A DNA stretch of 64,000 nt from positions 356,341-420,340 of the forward strand of contig CAVXTM010000011.1 in the NCBI GenBank assembly GCA_963764725.1. The letters are read 5' to 3'. Positions within the stretch are counted from its first letter, which is position 1, and each line of letters starts with the position of its first letter. Below are positions 1-11,106 of the stretch, piece after piece. The position numbers and the translations under genes are program-made. The stretch comes from an uncultured Gammaproteobacteria bacterium (GTDB taxonomy: Bacteria; Pseudomonadota; Gammaproteobacteria; JACCXJ01). The notes under the pieces are model-generated. The model did no database searches. It was not told the DNA's origin and was given only the letters and a program-made list of their open reading frames with translations.

Positions 1-685
1 GGTCATCCACGTGGATGTAATCCCGGATGCCGGTTCCGTCCGGGGTCGGATAGTCGGTTCCAAAAATAGAGAGCGCGGCGCGCTTACCGAGCGCGACCTC
101 GGCGGCGACTTTGATCAATAACGTCGCCTCGCGCGTCAACTGCCCGATGCGGCCCTCCGGATCCGATCCCGCGACATTAAAATAGCGCAAGGTCACGTAG
201 CGCGGCCGGGAGGCTGCCGCGACATCGCGCAGCATCCATTCACTCACGAGTTTCGACGTTCCGTAAGGATTAATCGGGCAGGTTGGGCTGTCTTCGTACG
301 CCAGCGGTGTCGTGGGAATGCCATAGACTGCGGCGGTGGAGGAGAATACAAATTGCGTTACACCCGCATGCGCGCAAGCCTCCAATAAGGCGCGTGTCTT
401 ACAGGTGTTGTTGCCGTAATATTTCAGGGGATCGCGGACCGATTCGGGCACGACGGTATGGGCGGCGAAATGCATGACGGTGTCGATGCCGTGTTCCCGG
501 AGGATGCGATCCATTAGGCTGCGATCGCCAACATCGCCGGCGATAAAGGTCCCGTGCACAACGGCCTTCTCGAACCCGGTAGACAGATTGTCCACGACGA
601 CAACCGTGCGGCCGCCCTCCCCGAGCTGGCGCACGACGTGACTGCCGATGTAACCAGCCCCCCCTGTCACCAGCACCGGTTTCAT
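1..685 (-). CDS. galE: UDP-glucose 4-epimerase (runs off the left window edge)
   Basis: Manual minus-strand translation from ATG 685: MKPVLVTGGAGYIGSHVV...VMHFAAHTVVPESVRDPLKYYGNN...FSSTAAVYG, which are GalE motifs. No stop inside the window. Confidence 0.92.
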   Translation of the reverse strand, partial: MKPVLVTGGAGYIGSHVVRQLGEGGRTVVVVDNLSTGFEKAVVHGTFIAGDVGDRSLMDRILREHGIDTVMHFAAHTVVPESVRDPLKYYGNNTCKTRALLEACAHAGVTQFVFSSTAAVYGIPTTPLAYEDSPTCPINPYGTSKLVSEWMLRDVAAASRPRYVTLRYFNVAGSDPEGRIGQLTREATLLIKVAAEVALGKRAALSIFGTDYPTPDGTGIRDYIHVDD

Positions 686-1683
686 GGCTGCTTTGGAGAA
701 TCGGCGCCCTCAAGCCTGCGGCCGATGGCCCCAGACAACGGCACGTCCTTGAACGAGCGCGTATCCTCGACGAGCGCGCTCACTGGAATAAAACGCTGCC
801 ACGCGAACCAGCCGATCGCCGCGAGGGCGAGACAAAAGGTCAGCGTCATCGCCAGCACGGCGGCGCCCGGTTTGGCGACAAACTCGGTGTCCCGCGCCGC
901 CCTGCGCACGTGTCTGGCTCTCACTTTGATCTCGCCCCCGGCATAGGCGGCGAGCAAGGATTTATCGGCGAGAATATTGATCCTACGCAGCAGCCCCTTG
1001 GAATAGCGCGTAAGGCTTCGAATCGCACCGCGCGTGAAGATCCCCATTCCCTTGTAGCCACTCGCGCGCAAACGGCTACTTAGATATTCCCGCACCTCGG
1101 CAATCGAAAACGGATGCAAATAGAAGCTGTAGGTGATGCGCTCTTTCAGTTGCCGGATGCGCGGATTTATTAAGGATTCATCCAGCTCTGGCTGTCCGAA
1201 CAAAACGATCTGCAACAACTTCTCATCCTGTGTCTCCAAGTTGCTTAGCAGGCGGATCTCTTCCAGGGTTTCGAGCGGCATGCTCTGGGCTTCTTCAACA
1301 AACGCGACGATGCGCCGATTTTCCGCGTGTTTCCTTACCAAGTATTCTTGCAGTGCGTGCATCACCTTGAGCCGCTCCTCGCCCCCCGCGACCGGCAGAT
1401 GTAATTCAAACGCGATGGCGTGCAGGATGTTGTCCGGAGAGAGGCTGGGATTCGCTAAATACACGATCTCGGCGTTCTCGGGCAACTCACGCTCCAGCAT
1501 GCGGCAGAGCATGGTCTTGCCGCTTCCCACCTCGCCAACGACCTTGACCATGCCTTCGCCAGTTGCGATCGCGTAGACCAAGGCTTCCAGGACCGCCCCG
1601 CGGTTGCCGCCCGGAAAGAACAAGCGCGTGTCGGGCGTGATCTTGAAGGGTGGCTGGCGCAAGCCGAAATAGGAGTAATACAT
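682..1683 (-). CDS. ExeA/MshM-family AAA ATPase with C-terminal TM helix
   Basis: MYYSYFGLRQPPFKITPD start, Walker A GEVGSGKT, EEAQ, LLQIVLFGQPEL, RQLKERIT. Confidence 0.88.
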   Translation of the reverse strand: MYYSYFGLRQPPFKITPDTRLFFPGGNRGAVLEALVYAIATGEGMVKVVGEVGSGKTMLCRMLERELPENAEIVYLANPSLSPDNILHAIAFELHLPVAGGEERLKVMHALQEYLVRKHAENRRIVAFVEEAQSMPLETLEEIRLLSNLETQDEKLLQIVLFGQPELDESLINPRIRQLKERITYSFYLHPFSIAEVREYLSSRLRASGYKGMGIFTRGAIRSLTRYSKGLLRRINILADKSLLAAYAGGEIKVRARHVRRAARDTEFVAKPGAAVLAMTLTFCLALAAIGWFAWQRFIPVSALVEDTRSFKDVPLSGAIGRRLEGADSPKQP

Positions 1684-2128
1684 TAGCGTTGCAGGTGATT
1701 GAACCGTTCGATCCTGCTATACAGGGTCGTACGGTTGATGTCCAGTAAACGCGCTGCGTGGCTCAGGTTTTTATGGCTGAGCTTGAGTGCCGCGTCGATG
1801 TAGCGCCGCTCCCAACATCCTTGATTTCATCGAGGCAAAATCCGGGCGTTCGCAGTTGCCGCCCGGCCGCAGTATCGAAGTCGGTCTGTCTCTTCCCCGG
1901 CGCCAGCGCCATATCGGCTTCGAGCTCTCCTGCTAGCGCCGCGGCCGAGATCTGCTTGCCCGGATATTTCGCACCGAGGCGAATAACGATATTGCGCAGT
2001 TCGCGCACTTTACCGGGGAAAGCATAAGACAGCAGCTCTTGCCTTGCCGCCTCATGTAAGATCAACGCATCGTCATCGACCAGCAGAAGCGGGATCTTGG
2101 AAGGCCGTGTGGAAAGCTGCGCGGACAA
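1683..2128 (-). pseudogene. Internally deleted sigma54-type (NtrC-like) response regulator
   Basis: Receiver start (LLLVDDD) joined directly to the AAA lid motif (YAFPGKVRELRN), then after a frameshift a Fis HTH (ERRYIDAALKLSHKNLSHAARLLDINRTTLYSRI*). Its stop overlaps the ExeA ATG (TAATG). Confidence 0.75.
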
Positions 2129-2144
2129 GGGTAGCGATGGTCCG

Positions 2145-3023
2145 CTAGCCGCCTGAGAGCTTCACCGCGGGTCTTTCACGGCGCAACCCGAGGTTACCCC
2201 AAATCGCCTCGGACGCTTCGGCTTGATTCATGGTGTAAAAATGCAGCCCCGGCGCTCCCTTGTCCAAGAGCTGACGGCACAGATCGGTGGTCACATCGAT
2301 GCCGAAATTGCGAATCGAGACGCGGTCATCCCCAAAATCCTTTAAGCGCCGCAAGATCCAACGCGGGATCTCGGCGCCGCAGGCGTCCGAGAAACGCAGC
2401 AATTGCGTACAGTTGATGATCGGCATGACCCCGGGGACGATTGGGATCTGGACGCCGAGCGCTCCGCAGCTCTCCACGAACCGCCAGTAGGCATCGACGT
2501 TATAGAAGTATTGCGTGATCGCGCGGTCGGCCCCTGCCTCCGCCTTGCGCTTGAAGTTCCTGAGATCCATGTCCGCGCTCGGCGCCTGCGGGTGAAACTC
2601 GGGATAGGCGGCGACTTCCACGAAAAAATAGTCGCCGCTTTCCTCGCGGATGAACTCCACCAACTCATTAGCGTAACGCAGCTCACCGTGGCCCGCAGCG
2701 CCCGAGGGCAGATCGCCGCGCAATGCCACGATATGTTTTATGCCGGCGCTCCTGTAGGTGCTTAAGATCTCACGCAGGCTGGCGATGGGACTCCCAATAC
2801 ACGATATATGCGGAGCGGCCGCGATCCCAGTCGCCGCGCGAATCTCTTGCACCGTTTCGAAGGTCAGCTCGCGGGTGCTGCCTCCCGCCCCGAAGGTAAC
2901 CGAGAAATAATCCGGCTTGAGGCGCGCGAGCCGATCGCGGGTGACCTGAAGCTTGCCGATCGCCTCTGGAGTCCGTGGCGGGAAAAACTCGAAGCTGAAG
3001 CTATGATTAGTTGAAGTTCCCAT
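2145..3023 (-). CDS. metF: 5,10-methylenetetrahydrofolate reductase
   Basis: SFEFFPP, SVTFGAGGS, ALRGD, AAYPEFHP, ITQYF, LHFYTMN motifs. Confidence 0.96.
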   Translation of the reverse strand: MGTSTNHSFSFEFFPPRTPEAIGKLQVTRDRLARLKPDYFSVTFGAGGSTRELTFETVQEIRAATGIAAAPHISCIGSPIASLREILSTYRSAGIKHIVALRGDLPSGAAGHGELRYANELVEFIREESGDYFFVEVAAYPEFHPQAPSADMDLRNFKRKAEAGADRAITQYFYNVDAYWRFVESCGALGVQIPIVPGVMPIINCTQLLRFSDACGAEIPRWILRRLKDFGDDRVSIRNFGIDVTTDLCRQLLDKGAPGLHFYTMNQAEASEAIWGNLGLRRERPAVKLSGG

Positions 3024-3090
3024 GGCGCTTGTTGACCACCGCCGTGCATTTTAATCGCCCGCGGGGCAGCGATCACTGCCACAGCGGGCA

Positions 3091-4407
3091 TTAATAGCGA
3101 TAATATACTGGTTTGTAAGGCCCTTCGATCGAGACACCGATATACTCCGCTTGCTCTTGGGTGAGCACCGTGAGATCCGCACCGACTTTGGCCAGGTGCA
3201 GGCGCGCCACCTTTTCATCAAGATGCTGGGGCAGTGTATAGACGCGGTTCTGGTAGTTTTTAAAGTTGTTCCACAGCTCAATCTGCGCCAGCACTTGGTT
3301 GCTAAACGACGCTGACATGACGAAGCTCGGATGCCCCGCGGCGCAACCCAGATTGACCAAGCGGCCCTCGGCCAGAAGGATGATGCGCTTGCCGTCTGGA
3401 AACAGGATCTGGTCCACCTGGGGTTTGACGTTGTCCCAACGGTATTGACGCAAAGAGGCGACGTCGATCTCAGAGTCGAAATGGCCGATATTGCACACGA
3501 TGGTCTGGTCTTTCATGGACCGCATGTGGTCGTGGGTGATCACCCGGACATTGCCCGTGGCGGTGACGAAGATGTCCCCGCGCGCCGCGACCTCGTTCAT
3601 GCGCACCACCCGATACCCCTCCATCGCCGCTTGCAGTGCGCAGATGGGATCAATTTCTGCTATCCAGACGGTCGCACCAAGACCCTTCAATGCCTGAGCG
3701 CAGCCTTTTCCGACATCTCCATAGCCAATTACCACGGCGATCTTGCCGGCGATCATCACTCCCGTGGCCCGCTTTAAACCATCCATCAAGGATTCCCGGC
3801 AACCGTAGAGGTTATCGAACTTGGATTTCGTGACCGAATCATTGACATTAAACGCTGGCACCTTCAGCGCGCCGGTCTGTGCCATTTCATACAAGCGCCG
3901 CACACCGGTCGTGGTCTCTTCCGACACACCGCGCACCTCTTGCAGCATCTCCGGATAACGCTCATGCATCACCTGCGTCAGATCTCCGCCATCGTCGAGC
4001 AGCATATTCGGGCGCCAACTGCCCGGGCCGAAAATACTCCGATCGATACACCACCAGAACTCCTGTTCCGTCTCCCCTTTCCACGCGAAGACAGCAATAC
4101 CCGCGGCCGCCACCGCTGCCGCGGCATGATCTTGGGTCGAGAAGATGTTACAGGATGACCACCGCACCTCGGCGCCCAACTGGATCAAGGTCTCGATTAA
4201 CACCGCCGTCTGCACGGTCATGTGCAGACAGCCCGCGATGCGGGCCCCCGCCAACGGGTTTTTACCCTTGTATTCTTCCCGCAAGGCCATCAGGCCAGGC
4301 ATTTCCCCTTCGGCCATGTTGATCTCCTTGCGCCCCCATTCGGCAAGCTTGAGATCCGCCACCTTGTAATCGGGTGTGATCTTTTCCATCGGTTGCGTGT
4401 TCATCAA
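3091..4407 (-). CDS. ahcY: Adenosylhomocysteinase
   Basis: [63 protein letters not shown]. Confidence 0.97.
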   Translation of the reverse strand: MMNTQPMEKITPDYKVADLKLAEWGRKEINMAEGEMPGLMALREEYKGKNPLAGARIAGCLHMTVQTAVLIETLIQLGAEVRWSSCNIFSTQDHAAAAVAAAGIAVFAWKGETEQEFWWCIDRSIFGPGSWRPNMLLDDGGDLTQVMHERYPEMLQEVRGVSEETTTGVRRLYEMAQTGALKVPAFNVNDSVTKSKFDNLYGCRESLMDGLKRATGVMIAGKIAVVIGYGDVGKGCAQALKGLGATVWIAEIDPICALQAAMEGYRVVRMNEVAARGDIFVTATGNVRVITHDHMRSMKDQTIVCNIGHFDSEIDVASLRQYRWDNVKPQVDQILFPDGKRIILLAEGRLVNLGCAAGHPSFVMSASFSNQVLAQIELWNNFKNYQNRVYTLPQHLDEKVARLHLAKVGADLTVLTQEQAEYIGVSIEGPYKPVYYRY

Positions 4408-4430
4408 TCGACTCCTGTAAGGGTAGAAAA

Positions 4431-5630
4431 CTAACTCGCCCGGACCAGAGGCTCGCGCGGCGTCGATTCGGCTATCCCGAGGCTGTCGCGCAAGGCATCA
4501 ACCTTATCGGTGCGCTCCCAGGTAAGATCGAACTCGGTGCGGCCGAAATGCCCATACGCAGCGGTCTGCCGGTATATCGGGCGCAAGAGCTTCAACATAT
4601 TGATGATCCCTTTTGGCCGGAGATCGAAATTCTTGCGCACCGCTCCAATTAACCTCGACTCGTCCACGTTGCCCGTACCAAAGGTATCGATGCTGATCGA
4701 CGTCGGCTCCGCCACGCCGATGGCATAGGATAGTTGGATCTCACAGCGATCGGCGAGGCCCGCGGCCACGATGTTTTTCGCCACGTAACGCGCCGCGTAG
4801 GCGGCCGAGCGGTCTACTTTGGAAGGGTCCTTGCCAGAAAACGCGCCGCCGCCGTGGCGCGCCATGCCGCCATAGGTATCGACGATGATCTTGCGCCCGG
4901 TCAGCCCACAGTCACCCATAGGCCCGCCGATCACGAAGCGGCCGGTCGGGTTGACATAGAATCGGGTCGTAGGGCTTATCCATTCCTTCGGCAGCACCGG
5001 AAGCACGATCTCATCCATGACGGCCTGTTTGAGGACCTCATGGCTTATCTCGGGGCTATGCTGGGTCGAGAGGACCACGGCGTCGATGCCGCAGGGACGG
5101 CCATTCGCGTAGCGAAACGTCACCTGGCTCTTGGCATCCGGGCGCAACCAGAGCAGGCGGCCCGTCTTGCGGACTTCAGCTTGCCGCCGGACTAGGCGGT
5201 GGGCGTAGGTGATGGGCGCCGGCATGAGCACGTCGGTTTCGTTGCAGGCATATCCGAACATCAACCCCTGGTCGCCCGCGCCTTGTTCGTGCTCGCCGCT
5301 TTCGTTGACGCCGAGGGCGATATCCGCTGATTGTTGTCCTATGGAGACGATTACACCGCAGGACTCCCAATCGAACCCCATCTCCGAGCTATCGTACCCG
5401 ATATCTCGGATAACCTGCCGGGCGACGTTGCGGATATCCACGTACGAAGAGGTGGATATTTCGCCCGCTACGGTCACCAAGCCGGTAGTGACCAGCGTTT
5501 CGCACGCCACGCGCGCGCCCGGTTCCTGCCCGATGATCGCATCGAGCACCGCATCGGAGATCTGATCACAGATCTTGTCGGGGTGACCCTCGGAGACTGA
5601 TTCGGAAGTAAACAAGCGGGTATTGTCCAT
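4431..5630 (-). CDS. metK: S-adenosylmethionine synthetase
   Basis: [35 protein letters not shown]; probable start ATG 5630. Confidence 0.97.
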   Translation of the reverse strand: MDNTRLFTSESVSEGHPDKICDQISDAVLDAIIGQEPGARVACETLVTTGLVTVAGEISTSSYVDIRNVARQVIRDIGYDSSEMGFDWESCGVIVSIGQQSADIALGVNESGEHEQGAGDQGLMFGYACNETDVLMPAPITYAHRLVRRQAEVRKTGRLLWLRPDAKSQVTFRYANGRPCGIDAVVLSTQHSPEISHEVLKQAVMDEIVLPVLPKEWISPTTRFYVNPTGRFVIGGPMGDCGLTGRKIIVDTYGGMARHGGGAFSGKDPSKVDRSAAYAARYVAKNIVAAGLADRCEIQLSYAIGVAEPTSISIDTFGTGNVDESRLIGAVRKNFDLRPKGIINMLKLLRPIYRQTAAYGHFGRTEFDLTWERTDKVDALRDSLGIAESTPREPLVRAS

Positions 5631-5795
5631 GATATCTTCTCGTGGGAATTTTAAGTATTGCAAAAAGCGAATCAGTTTACTTTATAAATCGAGGATTAAC
5701 AGCTAACATCCGCGCCTGTGGGACGCCCCTCGGGGAATGACAGTAGCCATTCTTTACGTTGGCCGCGCGAACCCATCCGCTCGCAAGGCAGGATT

Positions 5796-5819
5796 TATGA
5801 CATATGTCATATGTTATGT
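5796..5819. promoter_or_regulatory. Palindromic operator candidate between divergent metK and gap
   Basis: Perfect 16-bp palindrome TATGACATATGTCATA (5796-5811), overlapping ACATA-N10-TATGT (5800-5819). Confidence 0.45.
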
Positions 5820-6080
5820 ATAGTTCGAGGCATAACGTAGCATGGCACTCCTGAGCACAACGATCTCGGCATTCGACACGCCGGCCGTCCATTTTGCCCT
5901 GCTTGGAATCGACGGCAAGACCTGGACCTTGCAACAATGCAAGGGCGGCAAGGGCGCTTAGTGATGTTTACTTGCAACCATTGTCCCTGCGTTCAAGCCG
6001 TCCAAGAGCGCATGGTACGCGATACCCGGGAGCTTTGGACTACGAGATAAGAAGCGTGGCTTAATCAATCGGAGAGATCG

Positions 6081-7091
6081 ATGGCAATTAAGGTTGGAAT
6101 CAATGGCTACGGCCGTATCGGCCGCAATATTCTGCGCGCCCTCTATGAGTCGCGGCGGACTCACGAGATCCAAATCCTCGCGATCAATGACCTCGGTGAT
6201 GTCGCGACCAACGCGCATTTAACCCGCTACGATAGCGTCCACGGGCGCTTTCCGGGTCAGATCACGGCCACGGACCAGTCGATGGTGGTCAACGGCGATC
6301 CTATCCGCATTCTCGCCGAGCGCGATCCCGCCAAACTCCCCTGGACCCGGCTCGGCGTCGATGTAGTCCTCGAATGCACCGGACTTTTTACCAGTAAGGC
6401 CAAGGCCGACGCCCACCTCCAAGCAGGCGCCAAGAAGGTCATCATCTCGGCTCCGGCTAGCGAGGTCAACGCTACGATTGTCTATGGCGTGAATCATCAG
6501 ACGCTCAAAGGGAGCGACACGGTGATCTCCAATGCGTCTTGCACGACCAACTGCCTAGCGCCCTTGGTGAAGCCCCTGCATGAGCGCATCGGCATTCTGC
6601 GCGGCGTCATGACCACGATCCATTCTTTCACCAATGATCAGGTATTGATCGACGTCTATCATAGCGATCTGCGCCGGGCTCGGTCTGCGACGCAGTCGAT
6701 GATCCCGACCAAGACCGGCGCGGCCGCGGCCGTCGGCTTGGTGCTTCCCGAGTTGAACGGAAAACTGGACGGTTACGCCGTGCGCGTCCCCACGCTCAAC
6801 GTATCGTTGGTGGACCTGAGCTTTGTCGCCGCGCGCGAGACCAGCAAGGAGGAGATCAATGCGGTATTGAGAGAGGCCGCCCAAGGCGAGCTCAGGGGAC
6901 TTGTGGAGTATAACGACAAGCCGCTGGTCTCGGTCGATTTCAATCACAACCCCGCCTCGTCCATTTACGATGCGACCCAGACCCGTGTCATCGAAGGTAC
7001 ACTGGTCAAAGTCTTGTCCTGGTACGATAACGAATGGGGCTTTTCCAACCGCATGTTGGACGTCACGATCGCCTTGATGAACGCCAAGTAA
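6081..7091 (+). CDS. gap: Glyceraldehyde-3-phosphate dehydrogenase type I
   Basis: [31 protein letters not shown]. Confidence 0.97.
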   Translation: MAIKVGINGYGRIGRNILRALYESRRTHEIQILAINDLGDVATNAHLTRYDSVHGRFPGQITATDQSMVVNGDPIRILAERDPAKLPWTRLGVDVVLECTGLFTSKAKADAHLQAGAKKVIISAPASEVNATIVYGVNHQTLKGSDTVISNASCTTNCLAPLVKPLHERIGILRGVMTTIHSFTNDQVLIDVYHSDLRRARSATQSMIPTKTGAAAAVGLVLPELNGKLDGYAVRVPTLNVSLVDLSFVAARETSKEEINAVLREAAQGELRGLVEYNDKPLVSVDFNHNPASSIYDATQTRVIEGTLVKVLSWYDNEWGFSNRMLDVTIALMNAK

Positions 7092-7106
7092 GGGCCGATT
7101 CCGTCC

Positions 7107-8312
7107 ATGATGTCGATGTCCGATCTGAGCCTTGCCGGGAAACGGGTGTTGATCCGGGAAGATTTCAACGTACCGATCCAAGCGGGCCGGATCCTCGATG
7201 ACACACGCTTGCGGGCAGCGCTCCCTACCATTAGCAAGGCGTTGTCGGCGGGCGCCCGGGTAATGCTCGTCTCGCATCTCGGCCGCCCGAAAGAAGGCCA
7301 GTACGACGCGGCGCTGAGCTTGGCACCGGTCGCGGCGCGCTTATCCGAGTTGCTGCATCGTGACATCGCGCTGGTTAACGATTGGATCGACGGAGTCAAG
7401 GTCGAACCCGGCCAAGCGGCTCTATGCGAAAACGTGCGCTTTGAGATCGGCGAGAAAAATGACGACGACGCCTTGGCCAGAAAGATAGCGGTGCTTTGCG
7501 ATGTGTACGTGAATGATGCCTTTGCCACCGCCCATCGTGCCGAGGCGTCGACCCACGGGATCGCCAAGTATGCTCCCCAGGTCTGCGCCGGGCCGTTGCT
7601 CGAGGCCGAGATCAATGCCTTGAGCCAAGCCTTGAAACAACCGGTACGCCCCCTGATGGCGATTGTGGGCGGGTCGAAGATTTCGACCAAGCTCGCGGTG
7701 CTCGAATCGCTGGTCGAGACCGTGGATCAGCTCATTGTCGGGGGCGGGATCCTCAACACGTGCCTTCTCGCCGCGGGCCATGCCGTCGGTCAGTCTCTCG
7801 TTGAAATTCCCTTAGTCGAGGTGGCCTCGCGGCTACTCGGGCGGGCAGCCGCACGCGGCGCGGCTATCCCCTTGGCCGAGGACGTGGTCTGCGCCCGGGA
7901 GTTTTCCGAAACCGCGACGGCCACGATAAAGAATATTTCCGACGTCGCAGCCGGCGATCTCATCCTGGATGTCGGTCCCCGCACTGCAGGGCGCTACACC
8001 GCGTTGCTTGGACAGGCTCAAACGATCGTCTGGAACGGCCCGCTCGGGGTCTTTGAATTTGACCAGTTCGGCCAGGGGACGCGGGCGGTCGCGATGGCGA
8101 TAGCCGCGAGCCAAGCCTATTCCCTCGCCGGAGGCGGCGAGACGCTCGCGGCCATCGCGAAGTACGGGATCGGCGAGCGGCTGTCCTATATATCCACCGG
8201 CGGTGGGGCGTTCCTGGAGTTTCTCGAGGGAAAAACCCTACCTGCTGTCGCCATCCTGCAGGAGCGCGCCCGCTCCCATCCCGATTACGTGCATCCGAGC
8301 GAGGGTTATTAA
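7107..8312 (+). CDS. pgk: Phosphoglycerate kinase
   Basis: [36 protein letters not shown]. Confidence 0.97.
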   Translation: MMSMSDLSLAGKRVLIREDFNVPIQAGRILDDTRLRAALPTISKALSAGARVMLVSHLGRPKEGQYDAALSLAPVAARLSELLHRDIALVNDWIDGVKVEPGQAALCENVRFEIGEKNDDDALARKIAVLCDVYVNDAFATAHRAEASTHGIAKYAPQVCAGPLLEAEINALSQALKQPVRPLMAIVGGSKISTKLAVLESLVETVDQLIVGGGILNTCLLAAGHAVGQSLVEIPLVEVASRLLGRAAARGAAIPLAEDVVCAREFSETATATIKNISDVAAGDLILDVGPRTAGRYTALLGQAQTIVWNGPLGVFEFDQFGQGTRAVAMAIAASQAYSLAGGGETLAAIAKYGIGERLSYISTGGGAFLEFLEGKTLPAVAILQERARSHPDYVHPSEGY

Positions 8313-9829
8313 TGCCACGTCCCGGGCGTCGGCAATTTGATCAGCATTCATCGATACAGGGAATTAGGCTCGCAACGCCCCGCATGCGCAGAACGAAAAT
8401 CGTTGCCACTCTCGGCCCGGCTACCGACGATCCCAAGGTGCTCGATGGCCTCATCGCGGCCGGGGTGGACGTCATCCGGCTAAACTACTCATACGGCTCC
8501 CACGACAGCCATAAACACCGGATCGACCAACTTCGGGCCTGCTCCCAGGCGCGCGGCACGCAAGTCGGCGCTATCGCCGATCTGCAAGGCCCGAAGATCC
8601 GCATCCAGCGATTCCGCGGCGGCCGTGTGGAACTGCGGGAAGGGGCTTCCTTCACGCTCGACACCGCCATCCCGCCCGCGGACGGAGATGAACACCGCGT
8701 CGGAGTTACCTACGAGGAACTCCCGAACGATGTCAAGCACGGCGACACCTTATTCATTGACGATGGCCGTATCGTGCTTGAAGTCAAGCGCGTCATGGGG
8801 ACCAGCGTCGAATGCGTGGTGCGGGTGGGCGGCGGGCTCTCCGACAGCAAGGGTTTGAACCGCGCCGGCGGCGGGCTCTCGGCGGGCGCGCTGACCTCCA
8901 AGGACCGCGCTGACATACGCCACGCCGTGGACATCGGCGCCGACTACATTGCCGTATCCTTTCCGCGCAATGCCGCCGACATCGAGGAAGCCCGCCGCGT
9001 GATTGCCGAGAGCAACGGCACCTGCGGCGTCATCGCCAAGATCGAGCGCGCCGAAGCCTTACAGTGTATTGATGAGATGCTGCGGGCCTCGGACGGGATC
9101 ATGATCGCGCGCGGCGATCTCGGGGTCGAGATCGGGGATGCGGCCCTGCCCCCGGTCCAGAAACGCTTGATCCAGCAAGCCCGTAACGCGAACCGCTTGG
9201 TCATCACGGCCACGCAGATGATGGAGTCGATGATCGCAAACCAGATCCCAACACGGGCCGAAGTTTTCGACGTCGCCAATGCCGTGTTGGATGGCACGGA
9301 TGCGGTCATGCTCTCCGCCGAAACCAGCGTGGGCAAGTACCCGCGCAAAGCCGTCGAAGCGATGGATCGGATCTGCCTGGAGACGGAAACCCAGTGGGGC
9401 CTCCGGGGGGCCGACTACCGCATCGATTCGCCGTTCGACCGCATCGATGAAGCGATCGCCATGTCCACGGTTTACGCGGCCAACCACATCGGCGCGAAAG
9501 CCATTCTCGCGCTCACCGAGACCGGCGCCACCGGTATATGGATGTCGCGCGTGCTCACCGGGATCCCGATCTTCGCCTTCACCCGCCGTCCCGAGACGCT
9601 CAGGCGGGTGACGCTTTGCCGGGGCGTGTACCCGATCAATTTCGACGTCACGCACACCGATTTCCTGAGAGTCAACCGTGAAATGATCGATATTCTGCTC
9701 GAGCGCGGCGCGATCCACGAAGAAGATATCGTAGTCATTACCAAAGGTGATTTGCGCGGTAAACAAGGTGGAACCAACGGCATGAAGATCGTTCGCGTAG
9801 GGGAGCTGGCCGCGGAATCGGCGTTATAA
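8312..9829 (+). CDS. pyk: Pyruvate kinase (alternative start ATG 8384)
   Basis: RRTKIVATLGP, DLQGPKIR, IMIARGDLGVE, ATQMMESM, DAVMLSAET. Confidence 0.96.
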   Translation: MPRPGRRQFDQHSSIQGIRLATPRMRRTKIVATLGPATDDPKVLDGLIAAGVDVIRLNYSYGSHDSHKHRIDQLRACSQARGTQVGAIADLQGPKIRIQRFRGGRVELREGASFTLDTAIPPADGDEHRVGVTYEELPNDVKHGDTLFIDDGRIVLEVKRVMGTSVECVVRVGGGLSDSKGLNRAGGGLSAGALTSKDRADIRHAVDIGADYIAVSFPRNAADIEEARRVIAESNGTCGVIAKIERAEALQCIDEMLRASDGIMIARGDLGVEIGDAALPPVQKRLIQQARNANRLVITATQMMESMIANQIPTRAEVFDVANAVLDGTDAVMLSAETSVGKYPRKAVEAMDRICLETETQWGLRGADYRIDSPFDRIDEAIAMSTVYAANHIGAKAILALTETGATGIWMSRVLTGIPIFAFTRRPETLRRVTLCRGVYPINFDVTHTDFLRVNREMIDILLERGAIHEEDIVVITKGDLRGKQGGTNGMKIVRVGELAAESAL

Positions 9830-9832
9830 GAT

Positions 9833-9945
9833 GAATCTTACTCGCGGGCGGGATATGAACCCGCCCTTGACCAAAGGGGAGAGTTGCACTACTCCCCTTT
9901 GGAAACCCCAATGCTAAAGTTCCCGCCGTAAACGGCGAGGTATTC
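9833..9945 (+). repeat. ~115-bp multi-hairpin dispersed repeat, copy 1 (MITE-like)
   Basis: gcgggcggg..cccgccc / ccaaaggggag..ctcccctttgg / aaacccc / ccgccgtaaacggcg; recurs at 19841, 32114, 41679. Confidence 0.9.
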
Positions 9946-10020
9946 AGAATCAATGCGGTTTCCACGCGATCCGCGCGAACTAGGTTAGACTATCGTTACT
10001 ATGAACCAGAGGAACACGCC

Positions 10021-11043
10021 ATGTCCGATCTGCGACAAACGGCCGAAGCATTAGTCGCTCCCGGCAAGGGAATTCTTGCCATTGACGAAAGCTTCCCGAG
10101 CATCAAAAAACGTTTCGACTCCATCGGTATCGAATCGGTGGAAAACACCCGGCGCGCCTACCGCGAGCTGCTTATCACCACCCAGGGGATTGGCGAGTTC
10201 ATTAGCGGCATGATCCTCTTCGATGAGACCTTGCGGCAATCGACGGCCGCTGGGATCCCCTTCGCTAAAGCGCTCCCCGATGCCGGTGTAATCACGGGCA
10301 TCAAAGTGGACCAAGGTGCGAAGGACATGCCCCTCCTAGCGGGCGAAAAGATCACGGAAGGTCTCGATGGTCTGCGCGAACGCCTGATCGAGTATCGCAA
10401 CCTCGGTGCCCGCTTCGCCAAGTGGCGGGCGGTGATCACTATAGGCGACGGGATCCCGACCAGCGGTTGCATCAACGCCAACGCGAGCGCCTTGGCGCGC
10501 TACGCCGCGCTGTGCCAGGAACAAGGGCTCGTGCCCATCGTCGAGCCCGAGGTTCTGATGGATGCGGACAACACCATCGACCGCTGCTATGAAGTGACCG
10601 AAGCGACCTTGCGGCGGGTATTCCAGAATCTCTACGAACAGCGCGTGGTCTTGGAGCATCTCATCCTCAAGACCAATATGGTCATCGCAGGAAAGCAGTG
10701 CCCGCAGCAAAACAGCGTCGAAGAGGTTGCCGAGATGACCGTGCGCTGCCTACATTATTCCGTTCCGGCGGCAGTCGCTGGCATTGTGTTCCTCTCCGGA
10801 GGCCAGAAGGCCGAGCCCGCGACGGCACACCTCAATGCGATGAACGCGATGACCATGAAACACCCTTGGCCGCTCAGCTTCTCGTACGGCCGCGCCCTCC
10901 AAGATCCGGCCCTGAAGATCTGGGTCGGCAAAGCTGAGAACCTCGCCGCGGCACAGAAGGCGCTCCACCACCGCGCCAAGTGCAATGGCCTCGCAACGCT
11001 GGGGAAATACATAGCCGCGATGGAGCAACAGCTCGCGGCTTGA
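10021..11043 (+). CDS. Class I fructose-bisphosphate aldolase
   Basis: GKGILAIDES, GIKVDQG, FAKWRAV, VPIVEPEV, FLSGGQ, SFSYGRALQ. Confidence 0.95.
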   Translation: MSDLRQTAEALVAPGKGILAIDESFPSIKKRFDSIGIESVENTRRAYRELLITTQGIGEFISGMILFDETLRQSTAAGIPFAKALPDAGVITGIKVDQGAKDMPLLAGEKITEGLDGLRERLIEYRNLGARFAKWRAVITIGDGIPTSGCINANASALARYAALCQEQGLVPIVEPEVLMDADNTIDRCYEVTEATLRRVFQNLYEQRVVLEHLILKTNMVIAGKQCPQQNSVEEVAEMTVRCLHYSVPAAVAGIVFLSGGQKAEPATAHLNAMNAMTMKHPWPLSFSYGRALQDPALKIWVGKAENLAAAQKALHHRAKCNGLATLGKYIAAMEQQLAA

Positions 11044-11106
11044 AGGAGAGGAGGATCCCCCTATCGGCCTGGCACTTGAGCGGGGAGAAGGACCCGGCCG
11101 CCGCCG

